A DNA stretch of 56,001 bases, filler included, from Stramenopiles sp. TOSAG23-2 (Eukaryota): NCBI GenBank assembly GCA_900128395.1. It is 5 parts of 5 records of this genome, joined end to end, with 100 filler letters (N's around TTAATTAATTAA, not from the genome) between each part and the next. Parts side by side here need not be neighbours in the genome. Positions count along the whole stretch, not along the records: positions 1 to 11,140 come from LT649960.1; positions 11,241 to 22,361 come from LT649961.1; 3 more parts are not named here. One strand, given 5' to 3'. Under the pieces are notes generated by a model. It was not told where the DNA came from, searched no databases, and saw only the letters and a list, made by a program, of their open reading frames with translations. The first letter of the stretch is position 1. Every line of letters begins with the position of its first letter. A program made the translations under genes and the position numbers. This document shows, piece by piece, positions 1 to 11,242 of this stretch.

Positions 1-139
1 AATAACTAAAAAAAATAAAAAAGTCATTTTTAGTTATCCAGTCGTTAATATTAATAATCAATATAATACTAGTAATTTATTTATAAACGAAAGAAGTTTG
101 TGGACATTCGGTACTGAAAAGCCAAAATATAAGAAAACA

Positions 140-610
140 ATGAGTGGTAAAAAAAATTTCCCTGTTGTAAAGAGTGAACTAGATTGGCAAAAAGAACTAA
201 GTCCTGATGAATATTATGTCTTACGTCAAAAAGGAACAGAAATGGCTGGTACAGGAGAGTATGACCATTTCTACCCCAAGCCAGAGGAGGGATACTTTTG
301 TTGCCGTGCTTGTAAGCAACCATTGTACTCTGCAGCATCTAAATTTAATTCAGGGTGTGGTTGGCCAGCATTTGACAAATGTTACAAAGATGCATTGGAA
401 GTTGAAATTGATCGTTCTTTAGGTATGGTACGAATTGAAATTATGTGTGCAAATTGTGGGGGACATCTTGGACATGTCTTTGAAGGTGAACGTTTTACAA
501 ATACTAATGAGCGTCATTGTGTAAATTCATTAAGTATAAAATTTGTTAAAGGGACTGTCGATAAAGATATTGAAGAACAAGCACTTGAAGCTACAAAAGG
601 TAAATTGTAA
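140..610 (+). CDS. msrB: Peptide-methionine (R)-S-oxide reductase MsrB
   Basis: Motifs LRQKGTE, CRAC, SKFNSGCGWPAF, CANCGGHLGHVF and RHCVNS; first ATG at 140. Confidence 0.95.
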   Translation: MSGKKNFPVVKSELDWQKELSPDEYYVLRQKGTEMAGTGEYDHFYPKPEEGYFCCRACKQPLYSAASKFNSGCGWPAFDKCYKDALEVEIDRSLGMVRIEIMCANCGGHLGHVFEGERFTNTNERHCVNSLSIKFVKGTVDKDIEEQALEATKGKL

Positions 611-768
611 AAAAATGAATTATTAATATGAGAGAGTGTAGCAATTTATATATATACGAGTATATATACATGATCTAATAAAGATATTGAAGAACAAGCA
701 CTTGAAGCTACAAAAGGTAAATTGTAAAAAAAATGAATTATTAATATGAGAGAGTGTAGCAATTTATA
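561..768. repeat. Near-identical ~90-nt duplication of the msrB 3' end (561-650 and 678-768)
   Basis: Direct comparison. The copies differ by one A and have diverging TA-rich tails, like two alleles assembled in tandem. Confidence 0.85.
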
Positions 769-1041
769 ATATATATATATATATGATCTAAAATATATGA
801 TAATAATATGATATGTGAGAGATATGATATGATACTCAAATTACGAGTAGTTAATTTAAATAATTATATATTGATACCCTGGGTATAATAAAATTCTCTT
901 AAAAAATAACATATTTTTATTATACACACGAGCTACATATATATACGAATATAACTTTTTTAATATTTTGCACATTACTTCTCGTATATACCCAATATAT
1001 ACTTCGTATATCATACTCTCTATACCAATATGTATATATAC

Positions 1042-1250
1042 ACATGTGTGCACTAAAACCCTATATTGAAAATTCTTGATTATTCTCACTTTCATCCATC
1101 TCTTCATCCTTCTTTTTTAAATTAACACTATCTGGGGTTGTAACAACATGTGTGCACTAAAACCCTATATTGAAAATTCTTGATTATTCTCACTTTCATC
1201 CATCTCTTCATCCTTCTTTTTTAAATTAACACTATCTGGGGTTGTAACAA
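1042..1250. repeat. Tandem 104-nt duplication covering the kinesin stop region
   Basis: acatgtgtgcactaaaaccc...ggggttgtaacaa starts at both 1042 and 1146. Confidence 0.9.
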
Positions 1251-4200
1251 TCCCCCCATCTTCATCATCTATAGGTGTTGTTGGTGAAAACATATTAGGA
1301 GGTACAAACGGAGTTTTACTACCGGCGCTGATTAAGTTTTTACTACCGTCAAATGATTTTTTATTTCTTTGAATTGGGGTTGATTCGTTCGATATGCGCC
1401 CAGAGTAAGAACGTCGACGATTTCTTCGTTGAATAAGTGTTGGAGAAGATTTTGTATTGCTTAAACCTCCACCACCTCGTAATGGAACACGCAACTTTCC
1501 TCCAATATTTGCAGAAGATGAAGATACTCGTTTCATATCCGACATCTTAGCTTGTTGGACTTTTTCTTCTAGCTCTTTGATCCGTTTATCTTTTCTAGAA
1601 CTTTTTATTCCTTGAATTTCTAAATCCATTTTCAATTGTTGATTTTCTTTATTTGCTGCTCGAATTAAAAGCTTTAACTCTTGACAAGATGTTTCCAGTA
1701 ACGTTAATTTGCTTAATTGTTCATCCATATCGTTTCCTCTCATCAAACGTGTAATTTTAGAATTATATGAATTAATGGTATTTTGCATAATTGCTTCTTT
1801 ATTTCGCAATTTTTCAATTTCATCCTTCAAATTTTCATTTTCCTCCGTTGTTTTCATAGTCATCTCCGCATGTTCTTGCACTTGCATCATTAATGCAGCA
1901 ACACTTTCGCAACTAGCCGCATATTTTTCAGGTAAATCCGGATCGTTGAATGGATTAATGTCTCCACCAACAACCACGTCTTGTGCTGCAGTGACACTAT
2001 CCGAATGCATTGTTCTACCAACTGAGGATTGATTGTTTGTTTCTTCTTCTTCTTTTCGTCTACCAAATGGAAACCACGAAGTCTTTCTTTTCTCCGGTGC
2101 TGCTTTTGCTTTTTCCATTGCTAATCGTTTTTCAGTATCGTTGTGTCCTAATTTAAATAGCATTTGCTTATGTTGACTTTGAGTCGATACCTGTTGCAAT
2201 TTGAATTCTTCGGTTAATTTTAACGTTAAATCCTTCTCTTGCACTTCTAAATCTGTTTGGTGGTCCATTTCCAATTCCTTTAAAACACGCTGGTGTTCTT
2301 CCTCCATCGACGATTTCAATTCTTCCAATCTTTTATTTAATTCTTCTTTTCCACCCAATTTAAACGTTTCTATATCATTTCTAGTTTGCTCTTTCACTAC
2401 TTCAATTTGTCGTAGCATTTCCATTTTTGCTTCTTTTCGTTCCTCCTCCAGCGTTTGCTTCCATTGATCTCTGACTTTCGTCAACGCAGCTTCTTTCTGT
2501 GTTGCAGCTTTTCGCAACGCTTTTTGCATCTCACTCATAGTGGTCTCCATACAGCTTGTAATTGCCCTATTCTTCTCTTCCGTCAATTGTTTTCGTAAAT
2601 CGTTCAATGCTTCTTTTTTCTCCACACGAAATGTCGCAGTAATTTTTTCACGTTTCTTTGTTTCATCTTCCACTACACGTGTAATATCTAACGTTGATTG
2701 GGAAGTCCATTTCAAATGCTCCTCTTCATGTTCGTTTTTTAATTGGATCATATGATTTTCTAATTCTTTATTTGAATTTTCTAATTCTAAGATCTTTTCC
2801 GTTGATTTTTTTCCCTCCAGGTCGAGCGTATTGTTTAATTCTTTAATTTTTTTATCATATTTAGATATCAAATCCTTACACTCTGTCTGTTTCTTTTTCA
2901 AATCTTCACCCGTTTGTTCGAGCGAATCTTCTAACTTGCGAATTTTACTTAAAAATGCTTCAACTTTTTGACGGTGATCTTTTCTGGTTTCTTTTTTTTC
3001 ATTTTCAAATTTTAACATCTGCTCTGAAACTTTATCCTTCCATTCGTTTCTAACGCTTAAGAGCGTATTTTCCTTCTCCTTTGCAGCATCTTTTAATGCT
3101 TTTTGCATCTCGTTCATTGTTGTTTGCATACAATTATTCACTGCTTTATCACGCTCGCTATTCAATTGGTTTCGTAACTCCTCCATAGCTTTATTTTTTT
3201 CTTCGTTTTTGGATGCCAAGAGACTTTCTTGCTTTATTTTTTCTTCGTTCATTGCATTTTCCAACTCTGACTTTTTTCCTTCTTTAAGTTTTAGAATTTC
3301 CGTATTATGTCGATCAATTGTATTTTTCAATTCCGTTTCGCTTGCATTTAATTTTAATCTTATCGTTTCTACTCGTTCTTCGTACTTCACTCTTTCTTCA
3401 TCACGCCTTTTATTTATTTCATTTAATTCTGATTTGTGCGTTTGTATAAGTTGCATAGCATATTCCCCTTTTTCTTCTATTGTTTTCTCTAGCTTTTGTT
3501 GCTTTATGGAAGCTTCGCGAGTTTTTTTCTCATATAAAACTTCTTGTTGCTCAAATTTCTCTTTCAAAGCTGTCAATTCGCTTGTCAAACGTGTTGCTTC
3601 TACTTCATGTGCGCTTTTCATTTCCTCAATTCTTTCTTTCAATTGCCTTTGAAATTCTTTTTTCTCAGAATTCAACATCTCTTCTGCCCGCATGGCCCTT
3701 TCATTTTCCATTCGTGCTTCCGACGTTTTCTCTTCTACTTTACCCTCTAACGATTTTACTTTTTGGGTTGTCAGCTGCAATGTCTCATTTACGCCTTTTA
3801 ACATTGCTAAATTGTTATTCAAAGTCGTTTGCTGTCCTCGCAATTCTGCTAAACCTTCTTGTGTCTTGACAACTTCGTCCTTTAATCGATCCCGCTCTGC
3901 TTTTACGGATCCATACGCTTCGCGTGATTTTTGTAAATCTTTTTGCACGGTGTCTAATTGGCTCATTAACTTTTGTTCCACAGCTTCTTTTTGCTCCGAT
4001 GATGCAATTCGCATAGTTTCCTCCGCTGCTTGAGATCGATCCCTTTCTGCCATGACGGTATTAAGAGAAGCTTTTAATTCATCTGCTGCTTTGCCATGTT
4101 TTACATTCATTTCGTCTTTTTCACGTAGCAATGCATTAATTTCTAAATTCTTGTCTTCAAGATTTTTCGTAAATTTAATTTGATTCAATCTTATCTGTTC

Positions 4201-7200
4201 ATTATGTTTACCTTTCAATTCACTGATTGCATTTTTATGGGCTAAAATATTATTATGCAATTCTTTTTCTGAATCCCTTAATTGTGTTGAATATTCCTCA
4301 CACCGATTTTCTAATTCTTGAATACTATTTCTAGCGGTAGATAGCTTATCTTCCCATTCTTTTTTAAATATTTCTTTATCATTTTCAATTTTTTCAATAC
4401 TTTTTAATAATTCTTGATGCTTGGACGATGACGAGAACAATTTGTCATTTAAAGTTTTAAATATTTCTTTATCATTTTCAATTTTTTCAATACTTTTTAA
4501 TAATTCTTGATGCTTGGACGATGACGAGAACAATTTGTCATTTAAAGTGCGTTGCACCTCTTTGCTATTTTCCATAATTTCATGCTTCGCATTTTCAAGC
4601 AATTTAATTTTCTCACTTGTTACTACTTTTTCACTTTCAATATTGCTAGTCAATTCGTTACATTTATTTTTTAAGACCAGAATTTCATCATCTAGTTTCT
4701 TAATTGAGCCATTTGCTTGATTTGTTTCATTGTGAAGTTTCTCTATTTCATCCTCATAACGACTTATTTTTTCATTGTTCATTTTTTCCATTTCTTTTTT
4801 CTCATGGGTGTACTCAGCATTCATATTGCTTATTTTATCATGTAATTCAATCGCTTCTTTTTGAAACTTTTCTGCTGCGTTCAATTTTTCTTGGACGGAG
4901 GATAATTCATTTTCTTTATCTTCCAGCAGTTGTTTTGCTTCTCCAATTTCTTGTTCTGCTTTTAATTTTTCTTCTGTTGCTGTCATTTGCATTGAAACCC
5001 TCAATTTGTTTTGTTCCTCAATTTCTTTTTCAACTGAAGCAACTCTTTGGATGTTTTGTTCGTTAATATTATTTAACTTCGTTATTTTTTCATCTTTTTC
5101 TAGAAGTAATTTTGCAGTCGTAGCTTTTTCCGTTTCAAATTGGCTAGATAATTTATTAAATCTCCCTGTTTCAACAGATAGCTTGGAAGTTAATGATTCA
5201 ATAATATTCATTTTCTCTTCAATTTTTTGCTCATATTCACAAGTCATATTTTTCAACATTTGTTCTTTCTGTGTAATTTCCGTTTCTTTCGCCTTTAGCG
5301 ATTCTTCCATATGATTGACCATAGTTTCCGCTTTTGCAGCTCTCATAGCAACACTTTTTATTGACTCTGCATGTTTATTTTCTAATTGGATAATTCTATT
5401 CTCTGTCTTGATCTCATTGTTTTTCAATTCCTCTTTTAGCTCATCACAATATTGATCTGCTTTTTGCAAACGCTCAACGTCAATTTTTAATTCCATTTCG
5501 CGATTTTTCTTTTCCTCTACTTCTGATTTTAATTTAGTCAATTCTTGCACATATTTCATATTTTCCTCTCCCATTTGCTTCTCCAATAACTGTTTTGCTT
5601 CAGCAGCTGCCTTCACTTGTTTTTCTAATGATTCTACTTCTTTTTTTGTATCTGATATATTAGTTTCTAACTTTGTCATTGTTTCCATTTTTTCGTTTAT
5701 TTTCATTTCCAATGATTTTGTTTCTTCTCCAGCTTTGGCTGACAATTCTTTTTCATCTACTAATTTCGAATTTAAATTAACAATATCTTTAGTCAAATCA
5801 TCAATTTTTGATTGAGCAATACCAAGGTCCTCTTCTAAAGCATTAGTATTTTCCAACATTGCTAAATTTCCTTTTTTCGTATTTTCAAATTTCTTTTCTA
5901 ATTTTACTTTTTCCTCCTCTAGCAGTTTATTCTTTTCTGTTAAATCGCTGATCTGTTTATTCATCTCATTATCTTTTTCATTAATATTATCAAGTAATTG
6001 ATTTGACTCATTCAATTTCTTTTTTAATGCTTCATGTTCACCCATCATATTTGCTCGCTCTAATTGTAATTCGCTAGTTAAATTTTGATAATGTTTCAAT
6101 TGTTCCTTTAATGCCAATATTTCATCTTTTATTTCTTCCATTTCTGCAGAATTTGAAGTTTTATTATTCTTCCTCCTACCACCATTACCATCCCTTTCTT
6201 CATCATCTGAATCCTCAGTGGATGAATAACTATCACCATCTTCTTCATTGATAGTTCCCGTATTTGGCGCAAGGCTATGTTTCTTTTTTCTTGATGCAGC
6301 GCCACTTTTACGTATATTACCAGTGGTTAATCTTCGTTTATTCAATTTATTATCTTTAATGGTTACAGGCTTTTCTACCCCACGATATGATGCAAGCTCA
6401 TTTTCTAACATTTGTATTTTTTTCTCTAACAACATAATAGCCTTTTGTGAGTGCCTCAATAATCGCATTAACTCTTCACGCGTACGTTCTTGATTGATCT
6501 TTGCCTTATTTTTCACACGTTTTGCACGTTCACCAAAACGAAGCGTAGAAACAGTTTCGTCATGGTTAAAACTACTTGGACTACAGCATATGACAAGTGC
6601 TGTTTTTGCATTACCACCTAATGATTCTTGTAGTAATCTAGTTAATTTACTATCCCGATAAGGTATATGAGTGGAATTTGTTTCAGTTAATTTTTTAATT
6701 ACAAGTCCTAATGCTGATAAGGATTGATTGATCATTTTTGCTTCATCTAATCGTGCACCACTGGCACCCGTTTTTCGTATTTTCTCCGAACCAGCTAAAT
6801 CAACTAAATACAATTTCCCTTTCTTTACCGTTCCATTTCTTTCATCTTTTTGTGTTATGGTTACAATGAAGACACTGTGTGAACGACTACTCTCATCATT
6901 CATATTCGTGGAGCTAGTAGCACGATTCGTTGCACCAACATTTAATGCTTCCATAACGTCATCGTATGATGATATATACAATTCCGTACAACCTTCTATA
7001 AATACAGTTTCATGCTTCTTAATTCTTAAATTATCCCTCGTTGGATCTAATAAATCTCTAATTTTTTCTAAATATATTTCAACATATGATACTTCTATAC
7101 TAAAAGTAGAATGTTCATCAGCAGAGTCAATAGCATCAAAAATTGTTTGAATACAACGTGGTATCATACCTTGGATATCTGCATCATCAACATCTGGACC

Positions 7201-7566
7201 TTCCATAGTAAATGTTTTACCACTGCCAGTTTGTCCATATGCAAAAATAGTCCCATTGTAACCATTGAGGACATCTAGTACAATTTTCTTACCACACGAT
7301 TCAAAAACTTCAGCCTGGGTACTATCAGGTCCAAAAATATGGTCAAAATGAAAGGAACGTTTATCATGCATTCGCTTTTCACCTTCATTTATACATACAG
7401 TAGTATCATTCACTTTTTCTGCACATATTGAAGATTTTAATCCAACTTCCTTCCGGTTCATTGGTCTGATTCGACAACATACTTTGACAGAGCTGCTGTT
7501 GCTACTTTTATTATTTTTAGCATTATTATTTTCATTAATATTTTCACGTTGTTGATTTTCAGCCAT
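1165..7566 (-). CDS. Kinesin-1 (KHC)-like motor with a very long coiled-coil stalk, 2133 aa
   Basis: N-terminal motor motifs GQTGSGKT, SSRSH, LVDLAGSE and HIPYRDSKLTRLLQESLGGN; neck KNKAKINQE; tail KLRVPLRGGGG resembles the kinesin-1 IAK motif. Confidence 0.93.
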   Translation of the reverse strand: MAENQQRENINENNNAKNNKSSNSSSVKVCCRIRPMNRKEVGLKSSICAEKVNDTTVCINEGEKRMHDKRSFHFDHIFGPDSTQAEVFESCGKKIVLDVLNGYNGTIFAYGQTGSGKTFTMEGPDVDDADIQGMIPRCIQTIFDAIDSADEHSTFSIEVSYVEIYLEKIRDLLDPTRDNLRIKKHETVFIEGCTELYISSYDDVMEALNVGATNRATSSTNMNDESSRSHSVFIVTITQKDERNGTVKKGKLYLVDLAGSEKIRKTGASGARLDEAKMINQSLSALGLVIKKLTETNSTHIPYRDSKLTRLLQESLGGNAKTALVICCSPSSFNHDETVSTLRFGERAKRVKNKAKINQERTREELMRLLRHSQKAIMLLEKKIQMLENELASYRGVEKPVTIKDNKLNKRRLTTGNIRKSGAASRKKKHSLAPNTGTINEEDGDSYSSTEDSDDEERDGNGGRRKNNKTSNSAEMEEIKDEILALKEQLKHYQNLTSELQLERANMMGEHEALKKKLNESNQLLDNINEKDNEMNKQISDLTEKNKLLEEEKVKLEKKFENTKKGNLAMLENTNALEEDLGIAQSKIDDLTKDIVNLNSKLVDEKELSAKAGEETKSLEMKINEKMETMTKLETNISDTKKEVESLEKQVKAAAEAKQLLEKQMGEENMKYVQELTKLKSEVEEKKNREMELKIDVERLQKADQYCDELKEELKNNEIKTENRIIQLENKHAESIKSVAMRAAKAETMVNHMEESLKAKETEITQKEQMLKNMTCEYEQKIEEKMNIIESLTSKLSVETGRFNKLSSQFETEKATTAKLLLEKDEKITKLNNINEQNIQRVASVEKEIEEQNKLRVSMQMTATEEKLKAEQEIGEAKQLLEDKENELSSVQEKLNAAEKFQKEAIELHDKISNMNAEYTHEKKEMEKMNNEKISRYEDEIEKLHNETNQANGSIKKLDDEILVLKNKCNELTSNIESEKVVTSEKIKLLENAKHEIMENSKEVQRTLNDKLFSSSSKHQELLKSIEKIENDKEIFKTLNDKLFSSSSKHQELLKSIEKIENDKEIFKKEWEDKLSTARNSIQELENRCEEYSTQLRDSEKELHNNILAHKNAISELKGKHNEQIRLNQIKFTKNLEDKNLEINALLREKDEMNVKHGKAADELKASLNTVMAERDRSQAAEETMRIASSEQKEAVEQKLMSQLDTVQKDLQKSREAYGSVKAERDRLKDEVVKTQEGLAELRGQQTTLNNNLAMLKGVNETLQLTTQKVKSLEGKVEEKTSEARMENERAMRAEEMLNSEKKEFQRQLKERIEEMKSAHEVEATRLTSELTALKEKFEQQEVLYEKKTREASIKQQKLEKTIEEKGEYAMQLIQTHKSELNEINKRRDEERVKYEERVETIRLKLNASETELKNTIDRHNTEILKLKEGKKSELENAMNEEKIKQESLLASKNEEKNKAMEELRNQLNSERDKAVNNCMQTTMNEMQKALKDAAKEKENTLLSVRNEWKDKVSEQMLKFENEKKETRKDHRQKVEAFLSKIRKLEDSLEQTGEDLKKKQTECKDLISKYDKKIKELNNTLDLEGKKSTEKILELENSNKELENHMIQLKNEHEEEHLKWTSQSTLDITRVVEDETKKREKITATFRVEKKEALNDLRKQLTEEKNRAITSCMETTMSEMQKALRKAATQKEAALTKVRDQWKQTLEEERKEAKMEMLRQIEVVKEQTRNDIETFKLGGKEELNKRLEELKSSMEEEHQRVLKELEMDHQTDLEVQEKDLTLKLTEEFKLQQVSTQSQHKQMLFKLGHNDTEKRLAMEKAKAAPEKRKTSWFPFGRRKEEEETNNQSSVGRTMHSDSVTAAQDVVVGGDINPFNDPDLPEKYAASCESVAALMMQVQEHAEMTMKTTEENENLKDEIEKLRNKEAIMQNTINSYNSKITRLMRGNDMDEQLSKLTLLETSCQELKLLIRAANKENQQLKMDLEIQGIKSSRKDKRIKELEEKVQQAKMSDMKRVSSSSANIGGKLRVPLRGGGGLSNTKSSPTLIQRRNRRRSYSGRISNESTPIQRNKKSFDGSKNLISAGSKTPFVPPNMFSPTTPIDDEDGGIVTTPDSVNLKKKDEEMDESENNQEFSI
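4362..4548. repeat. Exact 93-nt in-frame tandem duplication inside the kinesin
   Basis: TLNDKLFSSSSKHQELLKSIEKIENDKEIFK occurs twice with identical DNA. Confidence 0.9.
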
Positions 7567-8123
7567 ATTATATTTGTAATATTAAAATATATATATATTT
7601 TTAGTAAATTTTAAATCAAATGTATGTAAATTCTATCTGTTTTTTTTTATTTTTATTTTGTGGTAGATATTTTGATAGGTCGTATATATTTCTGTATATG
7701 TATAATATATATTGAATCTGAAATGACAGTAAAAGTATATTGATACAATAAACGAAGATTAAAATTACAATATATTATTTGATATTATTATTCCTGAGGT
7801 TGTCATTTCTATTCACTCTATATATACTGTATTTTTTTGTATTTTTTTTTTAAAATTCATTGTTTTGTACAAAACAATCTGGCAATGAATTTTCAACTAT
7901 AATAACAACATGTTGTTGTTGAGTTGCTTGCCTGGCCAGCAGGCTTGCCCGGCTTGCATTAGCTACTACGCCAGCTTGATTTAGATTGTGATTGATTGAT
8001 TTTTGATGGAGGATTGTTCAACAAGAATAATTTCAATATCTATTTCATCTAACCAGGCTATAGAGCTCAGCTATATATCCTATCACTCAATCTAATTATT
8101 ACCAGGTAATTGTAAGTATAATA

Positions 8124-9086
8124 ATGGAGGATTCATTTAATGATGAGAAATTAGTAATAGCCGTGAAAGAATTAAAAGACATGTTAAGTAATAAAACAAC
8201 TATGAATGTCAACGAGAAAGATAAAGCCAAGACATTATTTCCGATAGTGGATGAATGTGATTTTGAATCAGATTTAGAATTAGCTTTTTTTGTAGTTGGA
8301 TGGAAATATGATTTGAACAAAGCTATTGAAACAATTGGTAAAAGTAGAGAATTAAGGAATTCATCCGATAAACTACGTGTTGCCCGTAGAAATATAAGAT
8401 CTGGAAAAATAGTGAATATTGAAGATTTTCCACACCGTGATGAAGTAAATAAATATTGGGAACATGATCAAACACACACAGGAATATTTACAAAGGATAA
8501 TATGCCAGTTGCGATATGTAGAGTGGGCGAAGTTGATTTGTATGGTATGCAAGATAATGTTCCTGTTGAAGATTTTCAAGAATATATGATATATGTATTT
8601 GAATATAGATTATTCATGTTGGAAAATATAATGAAAAAACAAAAAAAAAATAATAATAATAATAAGGAGGAACAACAACAAAATAATAGCTTACCTCGCT
8701 TTGTTGATATTCATTGTTTAAATTGTCCAAGAGGATTTTTGTCTACGTTTTCGTATTCTAATATACAATATTTTCGCTGGTGGATGGGTGTTCTTGGACC
8801 AGCATATCCTGAACAATGCAGCCATGTAATCTTAGTAAATACGCCATGGGTATTTTATGGAGGATGGGGCATAACAAAAGGTTGGTTACCCACAAGAACA
8901 GTGGAAAAAATTGAAATATTAGGAAGTGATGTAGAGACGTGGAGAGCGGAATCTTCATCATTAATCTCAAAAATTGGAAAAGAATGTGTTGATAATTGTA
9001 TAAAATATTTAGCAAGAGAACAAATGGATGATAAAAATGAAAAAGAGGACAATAATGATGATAAGAAAAAGAAGGAGAAGATGTAA
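8124..9086 (+). CDS. CRAL-TRIO / Sec14-like lipid-binding protein
   Basis: FFVVGWKYDLNKAIETI (CRAL_N-like) and YPEQCSHVILVNTPWVFYGGWGITKGWLPTRTVEKIEILG (Sec14 signature region). Confidence 0.88.
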   Translation: MEDSFNDEKLVIAVKELKDMLSNKTTMNVNEKDKAKTLFPIVDECDFESDLELAFFVVGWKYDLNKAIETIGKSRELRNSSDKLRVARRNIRSGKIVNIEDFPHRDEVNKYWEHDQTHTGIFTKDNMPVAICRVGEVDLYGMQDNVPVEDFQEYMIYVFEYRLFMLENIMKKQKKNNNNNKEEQQQNNSLPRFVDIHCLNCPRGFLSTFSYSNIQYFRWWMGVLGPAYPEQCSHVILVNTPWVFYGGWGITKGWLPTRTVEKIEILGSDVETWRAESSSLISKIGKECVDNCIKYLAREQMDDKNEKEDNNDDKKKKEKM

Positions 9087-9202
9087 GAGAAATGATGGAA
9101 AGTCTCTCGTAATCATATTATATATATAAAAAATATGATGTATTTACAGTGTGTGTGAGCATTAATTTCATGTGTCATGTATATCTACAATTCATCATTT
9201 TT

Positions 9203-10915
9203 TTACACCAATGTCATGACGGGATCGTATGGTCGGGACGTGTCAAATCGTCCAATTGTTACTAATTTACCACCTGTTAACGAGCTTCGTTCTCCACTAA
9301 TATTCCCTGAATTCAAAGAATCACCACCACCATGATGATTTTTTAATTGTGGTTGAGAAAAAATTTTCATATCTTTCAAAATATTTACAACTGTTTTCAT
9401 CCCATGTTTATAATCAATCATATCATCCTCTGGAACTAAAATAGGTATAACACCTCGATGTAATAAAATACTATTTGCTGTTTGGTTATTACTAGTAACG
9501 CAAAATATTGGACATGATGGTCGATATTTTGCCAAAGCTTTAACCATCGTACCAGTATAAGAAAATACTACTATTGCTGGTGCATTGATTTCCAAGGAGG
9601 CAACCACTGCTGAAGTTGCAATAGTTTCAAGAGACATTGGGAAATTAGTTGGAATTCCATATTTTTTATTACTACCTCTAATTTGCCTGAAAAATGAATC
9701 ATAATCAATTGCCACTTCAGCTTCTTTGCAGATATCAGACATCATATCAACTGCTTTAAATGGAAAATTACCTTTTGCCGTTTCCCCTGATAACATAACA
9801 GCATCAGCACCATCTAATACTGCATTTGCAACATCGGATACTTCTGCCCTTGTTGGTCTAGGATTTTCTACCATACTTTCAAGCATTTGCGTTGCACATA
9901 TCACAGGTTTCCCTGCAATATTACATCTACTTATCATATGTTTTTGCGCTAAGAAGACCGTATGCGCGGGAATTTCAATTCCTAAGTCTCCTCGTGCAAC
10001 CATTATTCCATCGCTTTCTTGTAAAATTTCATCAAAATTATCACAACCTTCTTTATTTTCAACTTTTGATATTATTTGTACATTTTTTCCATCGGGGCCT
10101 AATGCTTCTCTTACTGCTATGACATCTTTACGGCTACGTATGAAAGAGGCAAAGATGAAATCAACACCAATATCCGCTGCAAACTCTAAATCTTTTCGGT
10201 CTTGCTCCGTAATCGATGGCAAATTGCTTTTAAATGGTTCTGGTATGTTGATACCTTTTTGCTGCCCTAATTTTCCACCATTTTCAATTTCACAAACCAA
10301 CGTTTGCTCATCAATAACTTCTTTCAATACAAAACTAATCAAGCCATCGTCTAAAAATATTTTTTGACCAGGAAATATTTCGTTTGCTAAAGTCTGATAA
10401 TCACAATATATTAAATCTTTTGTACCAGCATCATAATGATCAAGGTTTGTCGATATAGTAATTTCATCACCAATTTTTAAATGCACTGCTTCTACATCTT
10501 CTCCAGCAAATAACCCTGTCCGTATTTCTGGCCCTTTTGTATCAGCTGCAATTGCACAAATATCTTCACGAGACCCATCAGAAAAATCAACAGAATCTTT
10601 TTCACGAATATCTTTAACAATATTTCTTAAATTTGAAATTACTTCAGCTTTTTGTTCATGCGTCCCGTGTGAAAAGTTTAAACGTAAGACATTCATGCCA
10701 CGATCAAGTAATTTACGAATACTATCATTATCCCAAGTTGATGGGCCTACCGTACATATGATTCTTGTTTTACGATCAAAATTTTCAGGCAAGTCCATAT
10801 CCATGGATGCGTTATGTCCTATTGTACTAATATATCGACCACATTGCAAGCGATAAAGTAGAGATGGTACTTGACAACATTTATTATTATATAATAACTT
10901 TTTTATTGCAAACAT
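9203..10915 (-). CDS. PK: Pyruvate kinase with a probable N-terminal mitochondrial presequence
   Basis: Motifs RKTRIICTVGP, RLNFSHG, DTKGPEIRTG, IMVARGDLG, ATQMLESM, RPTRAEVSDVANAV and MLSGETAKG; ~45-aa N-terminal extension whose first ~37 aa lack acidic residues. Confidence 0.96.
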   Translation of the reverse strand: MFAIKKLLYNNKCCQVPSLLYRLQCGRYISTIGHNASMDMDLPENFDRKTRIICTVGPSTWDNDSIRKLLDRGMNVLRLNFSHGTHEQKAEVISNLRNIVKDIREKDSVDFSDGSREDICAIAADTKGPEIRTGLFAGEDVEAVHLKIGDEITISTNLDHYDAGTKDLIYCDYQTLANEIFPGQKIFLDDGLISFVLKEVIDEQTLVCEIENGGKLGQQKGINIPEPFKSNLPSITEQDRKDLEFAADIGVDFIFASFIRSRKDVIAVREALGPDGKNVQIISKVENKEGCDNFDEILQESDGIMVARGDLGIEIPAHTVFLAQKHMISRCNIAGKPVICATQMLESMVENPRPTRAEVSDVANAVLDGADAVMLSGETAKGNFPFKAVDMMSDICKEAEVAIDYDSFFRQIRGSNKKYGIPTNFPMSLETIATSAVVASLEINAPAIVVFSYTGTMVKALAKYRPSCPIFCVTSNNQTANSILLHRGVIPILVPEDDMIDYKHGMKTVVNILKDMKIFSQPQLKNHHGGGDSLNSGNISGERSSLTGGKLVTIGRFDTSRPYDPVMTLV

Positions 10916-11140
10916 TCTTATTCTTTGTAATATATGTCTATGAAAAGGACGAAATTTTTCTTATCCAACACACATACACACAAAAAAAAATGTTATATCT
11001 GTCGATCATCTAGTCAGCTAGAGTCGAAGAATTAAAAATTATTATTTATATTATCTTTGAATTTAAAATAACATACGTGTAGTCGTCTATGTAGTAATAA
11101 TAATAATAATAAAAAAATTGAATAGCGAGCGTGATAAAGC

Positions 11141-11240
11141 NNNNNNNNNNNNNNNNNNNNNNNNNNNNNNNNNNNNNNNNNNNNTTAATTAATTAANNNN
11201 NNNNNNNNNNNNNNNNNNNNNNNNNNNNNNNNNNNNNNNN
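11141..11240. other. Artificial contig linker N44-TTAATTAATTAA-N44
   Basis: Identical 100-nt six-frame-stop spacer recurs four times. Confidence 0.98.
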
Positions 11241-11242
11241 AA

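Noticed and set aside
1709-7150. Many plus-strand ORFs rich in Ser/Phe/Leu within the kinesin
   Set aside because: Antisense shadows of a Glu/Lys-rich coding strand.
9726-10367. 213-aa plus-strand ORF inside pyruvate kinase
   Set aside because: Antisense shadow of a conserved gene.
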